A stretch of 64,000 nucleotides of DNA from NCBI RefSeq assembly GCF_009914755.1, contig NC_060935.1; one strand, given 5' to 3'. The notes under the pieces are model-generated. The model did no database searches. It worked only from the letters and a program-made list of their open reading frames with translations, and was not told the origin of the DNA. The translations under genes and the position numbers were made by a program. The first letter of the stretch is position 1; each line of letters opens with the position of its first letter. The DNA is from the human T2T-CHM13v2.0 reference genome, Homo sapiens. Positions 39,592 to 53,912 of the stretch are shown here, one piece after another.

Positions 39592-40471
39592 CAAATGGAG
39601 TAAGGGAAAGAGAGGAGCTGAAGGAGCTGGTCTTGAGGAAGGAAAGCCCCCAGGTAGTAATTGTCACCTGTGCTCCACAGCCTGGCTGCTAAGAAAGAGT
39701 TCCACTGTGAGACCTGGCAGGGAGTGGAATATCTAGGACTGTTTCTAGACAGAAAGAAAGACAGAGGGCTGGGCTAGCTGGGCCTTGGATTTAGGGTCCT
39801 GGATTCAGACCCTCCCTGCGTCCATCTCCCACACCCACATCATGCCCTTGGGCTTCCTTTCCGTTCATGCTTCCTGGCCCTGCCGTGTGCACATTCAGAT
39901 GTTCACCGTCCCCATCCTTTCTCTCCAGCAGTGATGGAGGCGCAGGGGCCTGAAGCCTGGGAATGCATCTGCAGGCCTTGCCTGGGAACAGGGAACACGT
40001 GGACCCCACTGCCCACTCTCACACCCTAAGTGACCAAGACCTGTTTTTCTTCTGCATGTGATGTTCATTTTGCTCAGCTAATCCTCAAGGCCCAGCTGGC
40101 AGAGGGGTCTTCCACAGGAAGTACAGTGTCCCGCAAATATGTTTCCCTTGGAACCAGGCCAAGGGAGGGCCACAGCAATGATGGTCCACAGCCTCAATTA
40201 AACCTGGTTTCCAAAGGGTTTGGGGGGCTCTGTGGGGAAAGGGGAGGCAGAGAGTAGAACTTCCTGCAGCTTCCTGGCTTCAATCAGAGCAGCTCCAGTT
40301 TTTAATGTATTACATATATGGAACATTGATGGCCCGTGATGACCTTAGCTTTAAATAACTGTTCTGACATGAATGAATATGTGCATGTACGTATGTACAC
40401 ATGCATGTATAAATATGTCTACACATATGCATATACGCATAGATGCATGTAGATGCTCACTGATGATCTTA

Positions 40472-40918
<447 letters not shown>

Positions 40919-41044
40919 CTATTATAATCATTAGTCTATTGACTTGTGGTAATTGAGCTATAGGAGATAAATTCCTACTTACTCTACACATTTAATGGAC
41001 TCTTCCTCCCACCCCATCTTCCCTGTCCCTTTCTTTTTCCACAG

Positions 41045-41122
41045 CAGCTCTGCAACGGGCCAATAGCTTCCAGTCTCCAACCCCAAGCAAATACCAGAAC
41101 TGGAGGAGAGAATTCTGGTGGA
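41045..41122 (+). CDS. MICAL2: Linker exon 3 of long isoform (78 nt, phase 1-1): (A)ALQRANSFQSPTPSKYQNWRREFWW
   Basis: Long pyrimidine tract, NAGNAG acceptor (ccacag|cag) and donor GA|gtgagt. In frame. Could also be 5' UTR of a separately initiated MICALCL transcript. Confidence 0.78.
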
Positions 41123-41534
41123 GTGAGTCACTAGCTCTCTGGGGGTGGGAGGCTGGGGCTGGGCAGAAGATCTCTGGTTAATTCTCAGGGGCAGCTGTTC
41201 TCATTCCTTACATGGTATCTCTCTGGCATGGCCTCCTGGTTGTCAGAGGCAAGAAATAAAATATAAGCTTGACTTTATTTCCACTGCTGACTAGAGGGAG
41301 CCTTTTCCAAGGGACTCAAGATCTTCCCATCCCCCTCCACCCCACCCCTGGCTCAGGAATTATGGAGCCTTAGGATTCTACAGTTTCACCCAGACAGGGC
41401 CTTAGCCATCATCGCCTCTAAGCTTTTTGAAATACAGATGAGTAAACTGAGGTTCAGGAACTCTATGATTTGATTCTGTACACTGGAGTGAGACTGGGCC
41501 ATCAGATTAACGGCCTCACACAAAACAGGATGCT

Positions 41535-41618
41535 ACACACAGACACCCACACATCCACACACACACACATGCACACGCACACACACTCACACCCCTACAC
41601 ATACACACACGTACACAC
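41535..41618. repeat. Degenerate (CA)n microsatellite
   Basis: acacacagacacccacacatccacacacacacacatgcacacgcac... Confidence 0.85.
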
Positions 41619-42727
41619 CTGCTCCTTTTTCTGAGTCACCCTTGGTCCCAGTGTCCTGGGGAAGAGCAGGGCTGTGGCAGGTGCTGAGGCGGCAGGCCCT
41701 GCCAGGGGGCGCAGTGAACACGCACAGTCTCACAGCATCTAGGCAGGCCGGGGATCCAGGGACTGCAGCACTCACTGAGCAGAGTTACCTCCTCAGGCCC
41801 TGAGCGAGGGGCAGAGACTCTTCATCCAGTTCCAGGCTCATCGCTGCCTTCCACCTCCCCCCACACCCACTCCCTCTCCAGCCTCACCCTAGGAGAGGAG
41901 GACCCAGAAAGGCCTTGGCTTAGACAGGGGTTTCTACCAAGAAACGTTGTTGCAGTTGGAACTGAGCCCTGGTCTTCCTTCCTTCTGAGTCAAGGCTCCC
42001 AGCCAGTGAGTCATTCCCCCACCATCCCCAGACGCACCACCGTCACACCAGGTCAGGCTGGGACAGGGGCACCTTGGGAGCAGGACCCAGGGCTGCACTC
42101 TTGAGCAGGCCACTTCATCTGAGGACAGCCTAGAGTCACTCCTGAATCCTCTGACAGCCCCCAGCGGCGACAGCAGAGGGCAGAGGAGCTAGCATTGCCA
42201 CACATGGGTCATCGCCTTTACTGCCCTGCTCTGGCGCTCCCCAAGTCCCTGGAAGCCTGCTGCCCAGGCCCGGACTGTATGAGTGTAGGGTCCATCCCAA
42301 GGCTTCCAGCCCACTCTACTGTGTGCCACCAGTGTGGGGGATCAGTCCCTCCTCAGGAAGCTCCCAGCCTGGGGTGAGAGCAGGGAGGCTGGTGGGAGAC
42401 CCTCCCAATAGGGCTGGGTCGCTGGGGGAGGTGCAGGAGCAAGAGGACTGCTGAGCAGCCCCATGGTGTCTGGGATGGGCCTGGGAAACTCAGCCTTTAG
42501 TTATCAAGGAGTATTGCACAGCGTTTCTCGAGAGTATACAAAAGCTGCTTTGAGGGCAGGGCTTGAGTTTTGATCATTTCAATCAGCCTAGTGTCTAGCA
42601 TGGTCTGGCCCGGAGGAGGAACCCAATCCTTGTTTGCTGAATCAATGAATGAAGTAAGGAACCAAGGAGCGAGCTGGCTGGACTGCGTACAAAGGGAGGA
42701 CATGGATTCAGGCCTGCTCAGGCTGCC

Positions 42728-42743
42728 GCCCCTAGAGGGCGCT
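42728..42743 (+). promoter_or_regulatory. Candidate CTCF site (forward orientation)
   Basis: GCCCCTAGAGGGCGCT, one mismatch from GCCACTAGAGGGCGCT. Motif match only. Confidence 0.5.
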
Positions 42744-43470
42744 CCAAGACTTTGAGGGGGATTTGAGCCTTGCAAAACCTCCAAGTTCTGGGAAGCTGCA
42801 CCATGGAGTCCCAGTCTCCCGAAAATCCCCAGAGCTGAAAGCCACGAGAGCCATCTTTTTTATTGTCTTTACTTTGCCCAAAAGAAAACCTCAGGGAGCA
42901 GGGCTGGCATTGCCATTGGGAGCAGAATGCATGGTACCATCCCTCCTGTCCAGAGGCATTACTGCCCCATCACAGCTGGTTCTGGCCCCAAGCCCCAGGT
43001 GGGAGGGCCGGAGGGGATATGTGGCTGCCCTGGGCACCCTCCCCAGCTGATCATGCTGCCAGATGACCTCTAGGATCTACGAGAAAGGTTGCTGCTGCCA
43101 GAGGGCCCAGAGAGGAGGTAGCACAAGCGCCTGACCCAGAGGCAGCCTGGATGCTGAAACTCAGGCGCTGGTGTGCGCATCAGCCTCCTTCGCACAAAAC
43201 AACCCTAAGGGCCAGCTGCACGTGTGACTGAGACCCCTGCAGAAGGCAAGGCAGCCCCCGGTGGGCCATACCAAGGTTTCAAGGAAACGGCCAGCAGAGG
43301 GGGATGTGAGTTGGCCAATGAGGAGCTCTTGGCTCAAGAGTTGGAGAAATCCTGGCTGGGTAGAGTGTGCAGCCCCCTCTGGAATGGGCCAGGGCTTCAG
43401 CAATGTCTTTACTGGACGCGGCTTGAGTGCGTGAGAGGGTGGGAAACTAATGGAGTTCATATTTTGCTGA

Positions 43471-43872
<402 letters not shown>

Positions 43873-46111
43873 TGAAGCTGCACCAGACAGCCCACTTTTT
43901 GGATGAGGAGACAGGGGTTAAGTAACTTGCTCAGAGCCAGGCAGCTGGTATGTGTGTGAAGGAGTGGACTTCCAGGCTCCCCTTCACCATCTTCTGAGAG
44001 AACCCCAAGACACAGTGGGCATCAGGAAGGGTAGGTTTCTCATCACCTCTCTCCCCAGGCTGTGCCCACCTCCCAAGCAGTGGCTTGAATGGCAGCCCAG
44101 GGACAAGGGGCTCGGCCTGAGCTGGGGCTTTGCTTCCCCCATCTCCTCAAGCCCTGCTGGAGTTCCATCTTGAAGGCAGTGCATGAGGACCACATGTGGA
44201 GAGAAAGAGACCCCCTAGCAGGGGTGGGAGTGGGGATTAGAGAAAGGAGAAGAAGGGAGTGGCTTCTGGGTCATGACCTCGTGAGACCTGAGGTGTTTCT
44301 GTCAGGCTTGTTTCCTGAGGTGGCCCTGGCTTCCTGTCAGGAAGTCCCTGAGGGATCCTCAGGGGGAACAAAAAGGCAGTCTGTTGAGCTGAGGGGACTT
44401 GAGGCAAGTGAAGGAGTTTGATTCAGAAGATGGCAGAGAGGGAGAATGAGGGTGCAAGGAGGAAGGGAAGAAGGAATTTGGCAGGAATTTGGCAAACTGA
44501 GGACAAGAACGGGAAGCAAGGCAAGGACTGACTCACAACTTTTGCCTTTTTAGGCTTGAACCTTCTAATCGTGGGCTGCGATGGGGGTGCGGTAGTGGGA
44601 GGCAGGCCAGCCGCCTCCCCAGCAGCTCCTTCCTGCCGCCCTCAGATCAGATCTGTTCCCAGAATTACCTTTTCCCTCCAAAGCTTTCTGCGAGGCCTCC
44701 CTCTGGGAGCTTGCTGACCGTGTGCGTGTGGTGCCATCTGTTCAGAGCCCACGGCTGGGACACACAGTTGCACATGTTCGCATTGATGTATGGGGGAAGG
44801 CAGGACAGAATATCGAGAACGGTGTGGCCTCCTGGGGGTGGAGGGGACTCAATGGGACTCTTCTTGGGATGGGACTTGGGTTTGGCCTGGCCTGTGTGGG
44901 TCCCTGAGGAAGAGCTTTTCACTCAGAGCTTTGGGGAAACTAAGACCAGGGGATTGTGTTGCGCTAAGAAGCGGATGAAAATCTGAAGGCTAGACACCCT
45001 GCAGGAAAATCTGAATGGGTCCGCTGAGTGGCCAGAAGCAGGGAGTTGAACAAGAGAGTGGACTCGTTCCACGTGGAGGTCCTGGGAAGTTTCTGGGGGA
45101 CATCCCTACGTGCCACCACGGTTCATGGGAGAGCTGGTTGGGCTGGGGGTAGGTACTGAGAGGGCAGATCTGAAAAAGAGCATGGCATTTTACTGAATCA
45201 ATTTGAGGACAAGTGATCTCAAATGACCCAATATGGAGACAAAATGTTTGAGATTTTAGATTTAAGGTTACCATGCTTGAGGGGAGGAAGGGGAGAGCGG
45301 GAGAAGGAGGGGAGAGGGAGAGGAAGACAGTGCGCACATGTGAGCTTGGTTGATCTTACAGTAGGCTATGACTGTCAGAATTCTGCTCTAAGCAGACTAG
45401 ATGATCTCAGCCCCCCACAGCACTGAACCAGGCCTGTCCTCAGGGCCCTGCCCCACTCCTTTCACCTCCATCTCTGAGTAGCCACACTGTATCCTGTTTG
45501 TTCCCTGACCAACAGGAGCTTGGCATGGGCCCACTCCATATCCTTCCAATGATTTGATACTCACTGTAACCTCCCTCTGTTGTGTGCTCTTAAAATCTCA
45601 AACGACTCTTCCTGTCTGAGAGCCTCTTGGCACACATATGAGAAGAAAGAGCCCATCTCATTAGTCGTGGATGTCTATCCTGTCTGTGCCCATGGCTAAA
45701 GGTCTAGCATCTTGTGGGAAGAAAGCTCAGGTGGTTTATTGACTGAGTGATTTAACACAGCCCAGCTCCCAACCACAATGGTTTTAGGATGCTCTTTGGA
45801 GGCAGATGAGCATTTCTAAGAAATGTTCTGGAAATGCCCTGATACACCTCTCAAGAGCATCATCGCATGAGTCTGAAACACAATGGTTATTAGACTTCTC
45901 ACCCTGGGACTTCCTTTGCCCCACGGGACCCTGCCACTGCTCTACCCATTCCTCTGAGTCCCACGCCTTGGGCACCAGGAACCTCTGAGTCAGGCTCTGA
46001 CATCTTCCTCTTTCTGACTGTTTATAGAATTGGAGCTTCACTTAAAGCCTCCTCTTTTCTTGATAAAATAATAACACCTTTGTAATGAAGAGTGTGTTCT
46101 TTCCTTGGTAG

Positions 46112-46266
46112 GTTTGACGCCAGTGAACAAAAGAACTATGTCACCTCCTAAGGACCCTTCTCCTTCTCTTCCTCTTCCTTCATCGTCTTCCCATTCATCT
46201 TCCCCACCATCTTCTTCTTCAACCAGTGTTTCTGGGAATGCTCCAGATGGTTCCTCCCCGCCTCAG
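46112..46266 (+). CDS. MICALCL: MICALCL exon containing the standalone start ATG (46138; MSPPKDPSPSLPLPSSSSHSSSPPSSSSTSVSGNAPDGSSPPQ); phase 1-0 in the long isoform
   Basis: ttccttggtag|GT acceptor and CAG|gtgagt donor. The peptide matches the recalled MICALCL N-terminus, and the 26 nt before the ATG are in frame and stop-free (SLTPVNKRT). Confidence 0.9.
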
Positions 46267-47529
46267 GTGAGTGTCCCTGAGGGTCCTGCCCAGGTGTCAG
46301 GAAGCTAAGCTACCTGTACTCTTCCCACCTTCCACACTTATCTCTGGATTCCACGTGCTCATAGGTCAACCTAAGTGCAAAGCCAGCGCCAGAAGATACT
46401 CTGTCAAGGGTCTACCCCAGCTGCCTTCATGTATACCTTTCACAAAAGCTCCTGCTGTTCCTTCACAGCCATCCCTGAGGACACAGTCATTCCCTCAGCA
46501 AACTTTACAGGGTTTAGACTCCATGCCAGGTCTCCATGAGATACAGAGCTGCTAGGACACCTTTCCCTTGAGAACTTGCAAAGGGCATTGAGGAATTTGC
46601 AGCTGTAGGATGGCAGGCACAGAAGTGAGGGTCCCTTTGGTAGGGTCCAAGAACCTTGGAAGCAACATCTCCCTTGAATATAAAATGTCATCATTGGTAT
46701 GCAGGCTGGACTCTTTCCTTCTGTATGTATTTATCAAGCCTCTGTTACCTGCCAGGCCTGTTCTAGACTCTGGAAAGTAGAATGCACAAGACAGAAAAGA
46801 TGGGTGCTCTGGTGAAGCCCCTGTGCTATGACCTGCCCTTCAGGCACCAGAGGTCTTGGGAGGGCACAGCCACCCCTAGAGTCCACTCATGTTCCCTCTT
46901 TGCCAAGGGCCAAGTTCCTGCATGCTAGAAATAGCTCCTTTCTCAGTGGTGCAATGTGGGAGGTTAAAAAGGATCATTGAAAGGTCTTAAGGGCCATCCT
47001 TGTGCCACCACAGCTTCAGCCCAGAGAGTGACTGTCGCTTCTTACTTTGATGGCCTCCAAGGAAGAAGCCTTGGTTTCTTGGTTGTTGGAGGAACATACC
47101 TATGGGTGGATCATGCCTTTTAGTACAGACAATGGCTGAGCAAGAAAATGAAGAGCTTATCTTCCCCTATGTGCCTGGCCACCCACAGAGGCCCAGCCAG
47201 TCCTACCATCATGGGCCCGGGAGCTTATCAACAGCAGTGTCCTACCTTTGCCTTCCCCCTGGCTTCCAACCCAGCTAATCTGGGATTCAGAAAAGCCTTT
47301 CGTCAGTACTGATTCGGGGGTTCCAGGCAGATCCTGGCAGGACCCAAGTCAGCTACTTAGAACAAAGAGTATCCCTTTAAAATCATCTTAGGCAAAATTA
47401 TTTTTTAATTTGGGCATCTGAGATGGGAAGAAAAAACAGGGAGGGGGTTGTAGATTGAGATTTGCTTTCATCATATAAATAAATGATGAAAATTTTTAAA
47501 TAACTGCTATTTTTGCCCATCCCATCTAG

Positions 47530-48832
47530 ATGACAGCTTCTGAGCCCCTCTCGCAAGTCTCGAGAGGTCATCCAAGTCCTCCCACCCCAAACTTTCGGAG
47601 GCGAGCCATAGCCCAAGGAGCACCCAGGGAAATTCCCCTGTATCTGCCTCATCACCCAAAGCCAGAGTGGGCAGAGTACTGCCTGGTGAGCCCTGGTGAA
47701 GATGGCCTCTCAGACCCTGCAGAGATGACTTCTGATGAGTGCCAGCCAGCAGAGGCCCCTCTTGGGGACATCGGAAGCAACCACAGAGACCCACACCCCA
47801 TCTGGGGGAAGGACAGGAGCTGGACAGGCCAAGAGCTATCTCCCTTGGCTGGAGAAGACCGGGAAAAAGGGAGTACTGGAGCCAGGAAGGAAGAAGAGGG
47901 AGGGCCAGTGCTGGTAAAGGAGAAGTTGGGCCTGAAGAAGTTAGTCCTCACTCAGGAGCAGAAGACCATGTTGTTGGATTGGAATGACTCCATCCCTGAG
48001 AGTGTGCACCTCAAAGCTGGGGAGCGAATTTCCCAGAAAAGTGCTGAGAATGGTAGAGGAGGCCGTGTGCTAAAACCAGTCCGCCCCCTGCTGCTCCCTA
48101 GGGCAGCAGGAGAGCCCCTGCCAACCCAGAGAGGGGCTCAGGAGAAGATGGGGACCCCTGCGGAACAAGCTCAAGGGGAGCGAAACGTGCCTCCACCCAA
48201 GTCCCCACTGCGGCTCATAGCCAATGCCATCCGAAGGTCTCTAGAGCCCCTCCTTTCCAACTCTGAAGGTGGGAAGAAGGCCTGGGCCAAGCAAGAATCC
48301 AAAACTTTGCCCACACAGGCCTGCACTCGCTCATTCGGCCTTCGGAAAACCAATTCCAATAAAGACGGGGACCAGCATTCCCCTGGGAGAAACCAGTCCT
48401 CAGCCTTTAGCCCTCCTGACCCTGCCCTCCGCACCCACAGTTTGCCCAATCGGCCATCCAAGGTCTTTCCTGCACTTAGGTCCCCACCCTGCAGCAAGAT
48501 TGAAGATGTCCCCACACTCCTCGAGAAAGTGAGTTTGCAAGAGAACTTCCCAGATGCTTCTAAGCCTCCAAAGAAAAGAATCTCACTTTTTTCCTCCCTC
48601 AGACTCAAAGACAAATCTTTTGAGAGTTTCCTCCAAGAATCCAGACAAAGAAAGGACATCAGGGACCTCTTTGGCAGCCCCAAGAGGAAGGTGCTGCCTG
48701 AAGATAGTGCGCAGGCCCTGGAGAAGCTGCTGCAGCCTTTCAAAAGCACCTCCCTGCGCCAGGCAGCTCCTCCTCCTCCTCCTCCTCCTCCTCCTCCTCC
48801 TCCTCCTCCTCCTCCTACAGCGGGAGGTGCAG
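47530..48832 (+). CDS. MICALCL: MICALCL large exon (1303 nt, phase 0-1), disordered Pro/Ser/Lys-rich region ending in poly-Pro
   Basis: Longest ORF in the window (47530..48882). Acceptor catctag|ATG, donor GCAG|gtaagt. Sequence recognised as MICALCL/Ebitein1. Downstream exons are not in this window. Confidence 0.95.
48769..48816 (+). repeat. Coding (CCT)16 trinucleotide repeat encoding 16 prolines
   Basis: Pure CCT array read directly. Confidence 0.97.
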
Positions 48833-49108
48833 GTAAGTGGCTCTGTCCTGATAAATGTCTGCCCTTCATGCTGGGCAGTTAGTAATCTTCATTGCATCGA
48901 CAAGCAGGCATCTTTCACTTCGTTTTGCTTCTCAAATACTAACAAAAGTAGGAAAACTTTAAAGGCAAAAAATTTGAAAAAAATCTGAAAAAATTAGTTT
49001 TGAAATTATAGAAAGTTGAAAAGAGACCAATCAACCATAACCCTACGACCACTTTCTCATTTATTTTCTTTCTTTCCATAGGAATATTTTTTACTAAGTT
49101 GTACATAA

Positions 49109-49673
<565 letters not shown>

Positions 49674-50479
49674 AAAAATTTTGTATCATTTAAAAGTCAA
49701 CATTATATCATAGATATTATGCCAATTACCATGTAGTATACATAAATGTGATTTAATTGAATATCCTGTCTGGTGGGTATGTTATTTAATGAACTATTGT
49801 CTTATTGTTAACTTATATTTGTATATATGTTATATATGCATATATTTATATTTTACATACGGTGTTGAATGAACATCTTTATGCATATAATGTTTTTCCC
49901 TTTAAACTCCTAGCCTAAACACTTACGCATATTTGCATACCACCAATGAAAATGTAGGCTTTTTAAATAATTTAAACCTGATTAAAATTTTTAAATTCTA
50001 AAATTAATATATCAAATAATCAGAGTAATCCAACAATATGGAAATATCTAATAAAAACTAAAATGTATTATCTCATCCCCTCTCCTCCTTGCCAAAGTTT
50101 TAGTCTATTCCCTTAGAGACAGTTTAGCTAAACATTCACATGAGTTCTTTTTTGTCGTTGATACTTGTTTGACTGCTTTGAACAAACTGTGATCCTACCA
50201 TCCCTATTGTTGATCAACTTTGTTTTTCTTTTTTCCTAAAAAGCTTTTTTATTTTCTTATTTAACTTCTATTTTGAAACATAAGTTTTCAAGTAATATAT
50301 TATTTCTCTTCAGTAGTACCTTAATCAAACAGCTGTATAGATTAACAAGAGACTTTATTTTCAACCAGGTTCAGGATAAGCATGGAAAGGCTGCAGTATA
50401 ACTCTTAAACATGCATAATAAATTAATAAACTATTAAACTTTAGTTTAATAAATTAAATAGATTATTTAATAAACTACT

Positions 50480-50566
50480 AAAATGCATAACACATTAAAT
50501 TTTGTGATGTGTGACATAAGGGTATATTATGTCACACATCACAAAATTTAATGTGTTATGCATTTT
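50480..50566. repeat. Perfect inverted repeat, 40-bp arms with 7-nt spacer
   Basis: aaaatgcataacacattaaattttgtgatgtgtgacataa - gggtata - ttatgtcacacatcacaaaatttaatgtgttatgcatttt. Checked base by base: 40/40 complementary. Confidence 0.97.
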
Positions 50567-50569
50567 TTG

Positions 50570-52950
50570 ATAATACATTTGCATGGTTCAAAATCAAAGG
50601 GTACAAAAGGTGCAAAATAAAAAGTCCTCTTTCCCTTCCTTGTCCCTGAGCAATCCAGGTCCTATCCTGGTGATAGATATTGTCATCAGTTTCTTAGGCA
50701 TTCCTGCAGACAGAATTTATGCATGTAAGAGCAAATTTATATACTATATTTTTTCTTTTTTTAACGCAAATGATAGCATGGCAGCATGCTGTGTGCACTT
50801 TTTTTGAACTTTTCATTTTATTTTGGAGCTCATTCCATATTAGTACGTAAAGCACTTTCTTCTTTTGTTTTATAGCTGTACAGTATCCCAGTGTGTAGAT
50901 GTAACATAATTGATGTAGCCAGCCCCCTATGATGCAAAGTTTAAGTTATTTCAAATCTTTGGCTATTGCAAACAGTGCTACAATAATTAACTGATAGCTT
51001 AGGCCATTAAGCATGTGCGTGAATTTATCTTTAGGATAAATTCTTAGAAGTGGAAATGCTGGAGCAAAGGATATGTGAATTGGGAATTTTGATAGATATT
51101 GTCAACTTGTCCTTCATCACAGTGTGCTTGTTCACATTCCCAGCAGCAAAGTATGAGAACTCGATTTCTACATTTGCACTAACTGGTGTGTTACTGATCT
51201 GATGGTGAAATATAGATTTCGGAGTGGTGTGAATTTCATTTTTTGTTTAATAACGTGATTGAACATCTTTTTATATGTTGAGAAGCCATTTGCATCTCCT
51301 TTTCTGTGACCAGTTGATACTGTCCTTTGTCCAGTTTTCTATTGGTTTGTTGGGTTTTTCTTAATAGTATGTAGGGATTCTTTATCAAAAGGGAAATTTA
51401 ACCCTTTTTTGTAATGATACAAATTACAAGTACTTTTTACCAGTTTCTTGTTTGTGCTTGACTTTATTTACAGTGGCTTTTCTTATGTAAAATTTCTAGC
51501 TTTATATACTAGTTTGAAACATTTTTATTGCATGTCTTCTGGGTTTTATATAGTAGTTAGAAAGAGCTTCTTCCAAGTTTGTAGAAGAATTTTCTCACAG
51601 TTTCTTCTAGTCTTCTTGATTGTTTTCAATATTTTTACATTTAAGTATTTACATCAAGAAATTATCCTAGTATAAAATGTGAGCTATAGATTCTGCCTTA
51701 CTTTTTAGATGTTTCCCTGGCTATCCTAAAAAATCAGTGAATAATCTCTCTTTCCCTCTCTTATGTGAGATGACGTATTTATCATATATAAAATTCCTGA
51801 ACTTGGACTTATTTCCACACCATCTATTATATTCCATTTAGTTGTCTGTTATATATCAATACCACACTGTTTTAAATTTCTAATTTTATGTATTTATATA
51901 TTTTTTTATTTTAGGTATTTTACTATCTGATAGGAAGAGTATTCCATTATTGATTTTCTTTTTCTAAAATTTCCTGGCTCTTCTTGCTCATTTGATGTTC
52001 TATATGAACTTAGTATAAGCTTGTCTATCTACCAAAAAAAAAGTCCTGTGAATACTCTCGTGGGATTGAGTTAAATTTATAAGTAACTTGGCAAGAACTT
52101 ATAAAATTATGATATGAGTTATCTTTCCATTTGTTCATGTCTTTTTTGTGACCCTCAGGAATATTTTACACTTTACAGCACATAGATCTAGCATAATTAT
52201 TAATTTTATTAATAGATATATTAGTTTTTGTTGCTATTGTCAACAAGATATTTTCCAGTTTATCATTCTACTGTTGTTTGTATATATGAAAGTTATTGAT
52301 TTTTGTGTGGTAATTTTGTACCCATCCATTTTATTAATTCCTCTTTGTTATAAAAGTTTTTCAATGGATTCCCCTGAGTTCCCCCCATATATACAATCAT
52401 AACACCTGCAAATTATAACTTTACTTTTTGCTTTTAAATTGTATACCTCTGATTTATCTTGTCTCCCTGGTTTCTTTTGTTTCTAGAATCTCCAGAACAA
52501 TGTTAAATAAAAGTAGTGATAATTATTTCCTTAATATATTCCTACTCATAATGAGAATGCTGCTGGTGTTTTTCCCAGTTAAGCATGGTAACTGGCTTCT
52601 GGGTTGACTGAGATATATTTTATCATTTGGAGGAAATAGCCATCTAGTTCTATTTCGGTGAGAGTATTTTTAATCACAGATGGATGTTGAATTTCATCAA
52701 ATGTCTTTTCAGCATCTTTTGAGATGTCTGATTTTTTTCTCCTTAATTTGATTAATATTACGAATTATATCGTAGATTTATGGGTATTGAACCATCCTTG
52801 CATTGCTGAGATAAATACCACTTGGTCATGATGTGTTATTACTTTGTCTTATTACTTTACATGATGTCTTATTACTTTTTGATTATGTTTGATAATTTAT
52901 TTAACATTTTTGCATTTAATTCATAGGTAATATTGGCCTACAGTTCATTG
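50570..52950 (-). mobile_element. Ancient antisense L1 (L1ME/L1MC-like) fragments
   Basis: Typical antisense L1 ORF2/3' motifs (ttgaaccatccttgcattgctgagataaataccacttggtcatgatg; agaagtggaaatgctggagcaaagg). Boundaries approximate. Confidence 0.75.
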
Positions 52951-53912
52951 ATATCACTTTTATATGATTTCTGTATGTGCTAATTACAATAACTTAGGGT
53001 AAATATATTTTCCTGGCTTGCTTAGCATGGAGAGCTACATTCATTTATATTCATCAGAAAATAGTATGACTTCCTTGCCTTGGAACAGAATGGGAATGTA
53101 CAGAATGGAATTAGGTTAGAGTTAGCGCTGGAAGTAGTGCCTGCACCTATTTCTTAGAAGAGTTTTGTGTTTCTTTCAAGTGTTCTTAGGTCAGTATCCT
53201 AAGAATGTAAAGATTTTACCTAGCCTATCAGATTAGACCCATCAGTCTTTTTTTTTTAGTTTCCTTGCTCAGTCCACCAAACACACACTCACATATATGC
53301 ACTGACACTGTTGCCTCCGCATTTAACTTGGGGGTGCACACTTCCATGCAATGGAGAGAGAAAACAGCATCATGCTCATTCAAATTGAAGTACCTAATAT
53401 TTATGATCATTTGAATAAGAGCCAGGCTGAAATTATTTAATTTGTTTTTATTTTTATAAGACAACTTTCCAATTAAATTAATGGTGTACATAAACTTATC
53501 AGCATATTTGAATGACTTGGAGGCATAAACTAATTTCAGGTACTTGTCAGTGGTCATCTTATAGAAATAATTTTAATGCTAGTTATCATTCTTGTGTATA
53601 ATTAAAGAACATGCCCTGAGAACCTTTAATTTTTTGCATAAACGTTTTTATTGCAGTATTACATACATACAGTAACATCCGCAAATGTTAAGCCTACAGC
53701 TGATGAATTTTTGCAAAATGCACATTTGTGTAATCGCCCCTGAGATCAAGCTATAGAATGTTATCAGCACCCAGAAGACTCCCTCATGCTTTCTCCCCAT
53801 TATATGCCCTGCCCAACAAAGGTACTTCTCATCTGCCTCTTATCATCTTAGATTACTCTTGCAGTTTTTATTTTATTTGGTTTTACTTTATAAAAATTGA
53901 ATCATTCATTAT

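Noticed and set aside
48171-48988. Antisense 232-aa ORF (poly-Gly) and alternate-frame 144-aa ORF (poly-Leu)
   Set aside because: Shadow frames of the MICALCL exon and its CCT repeat, with no independent evidence.
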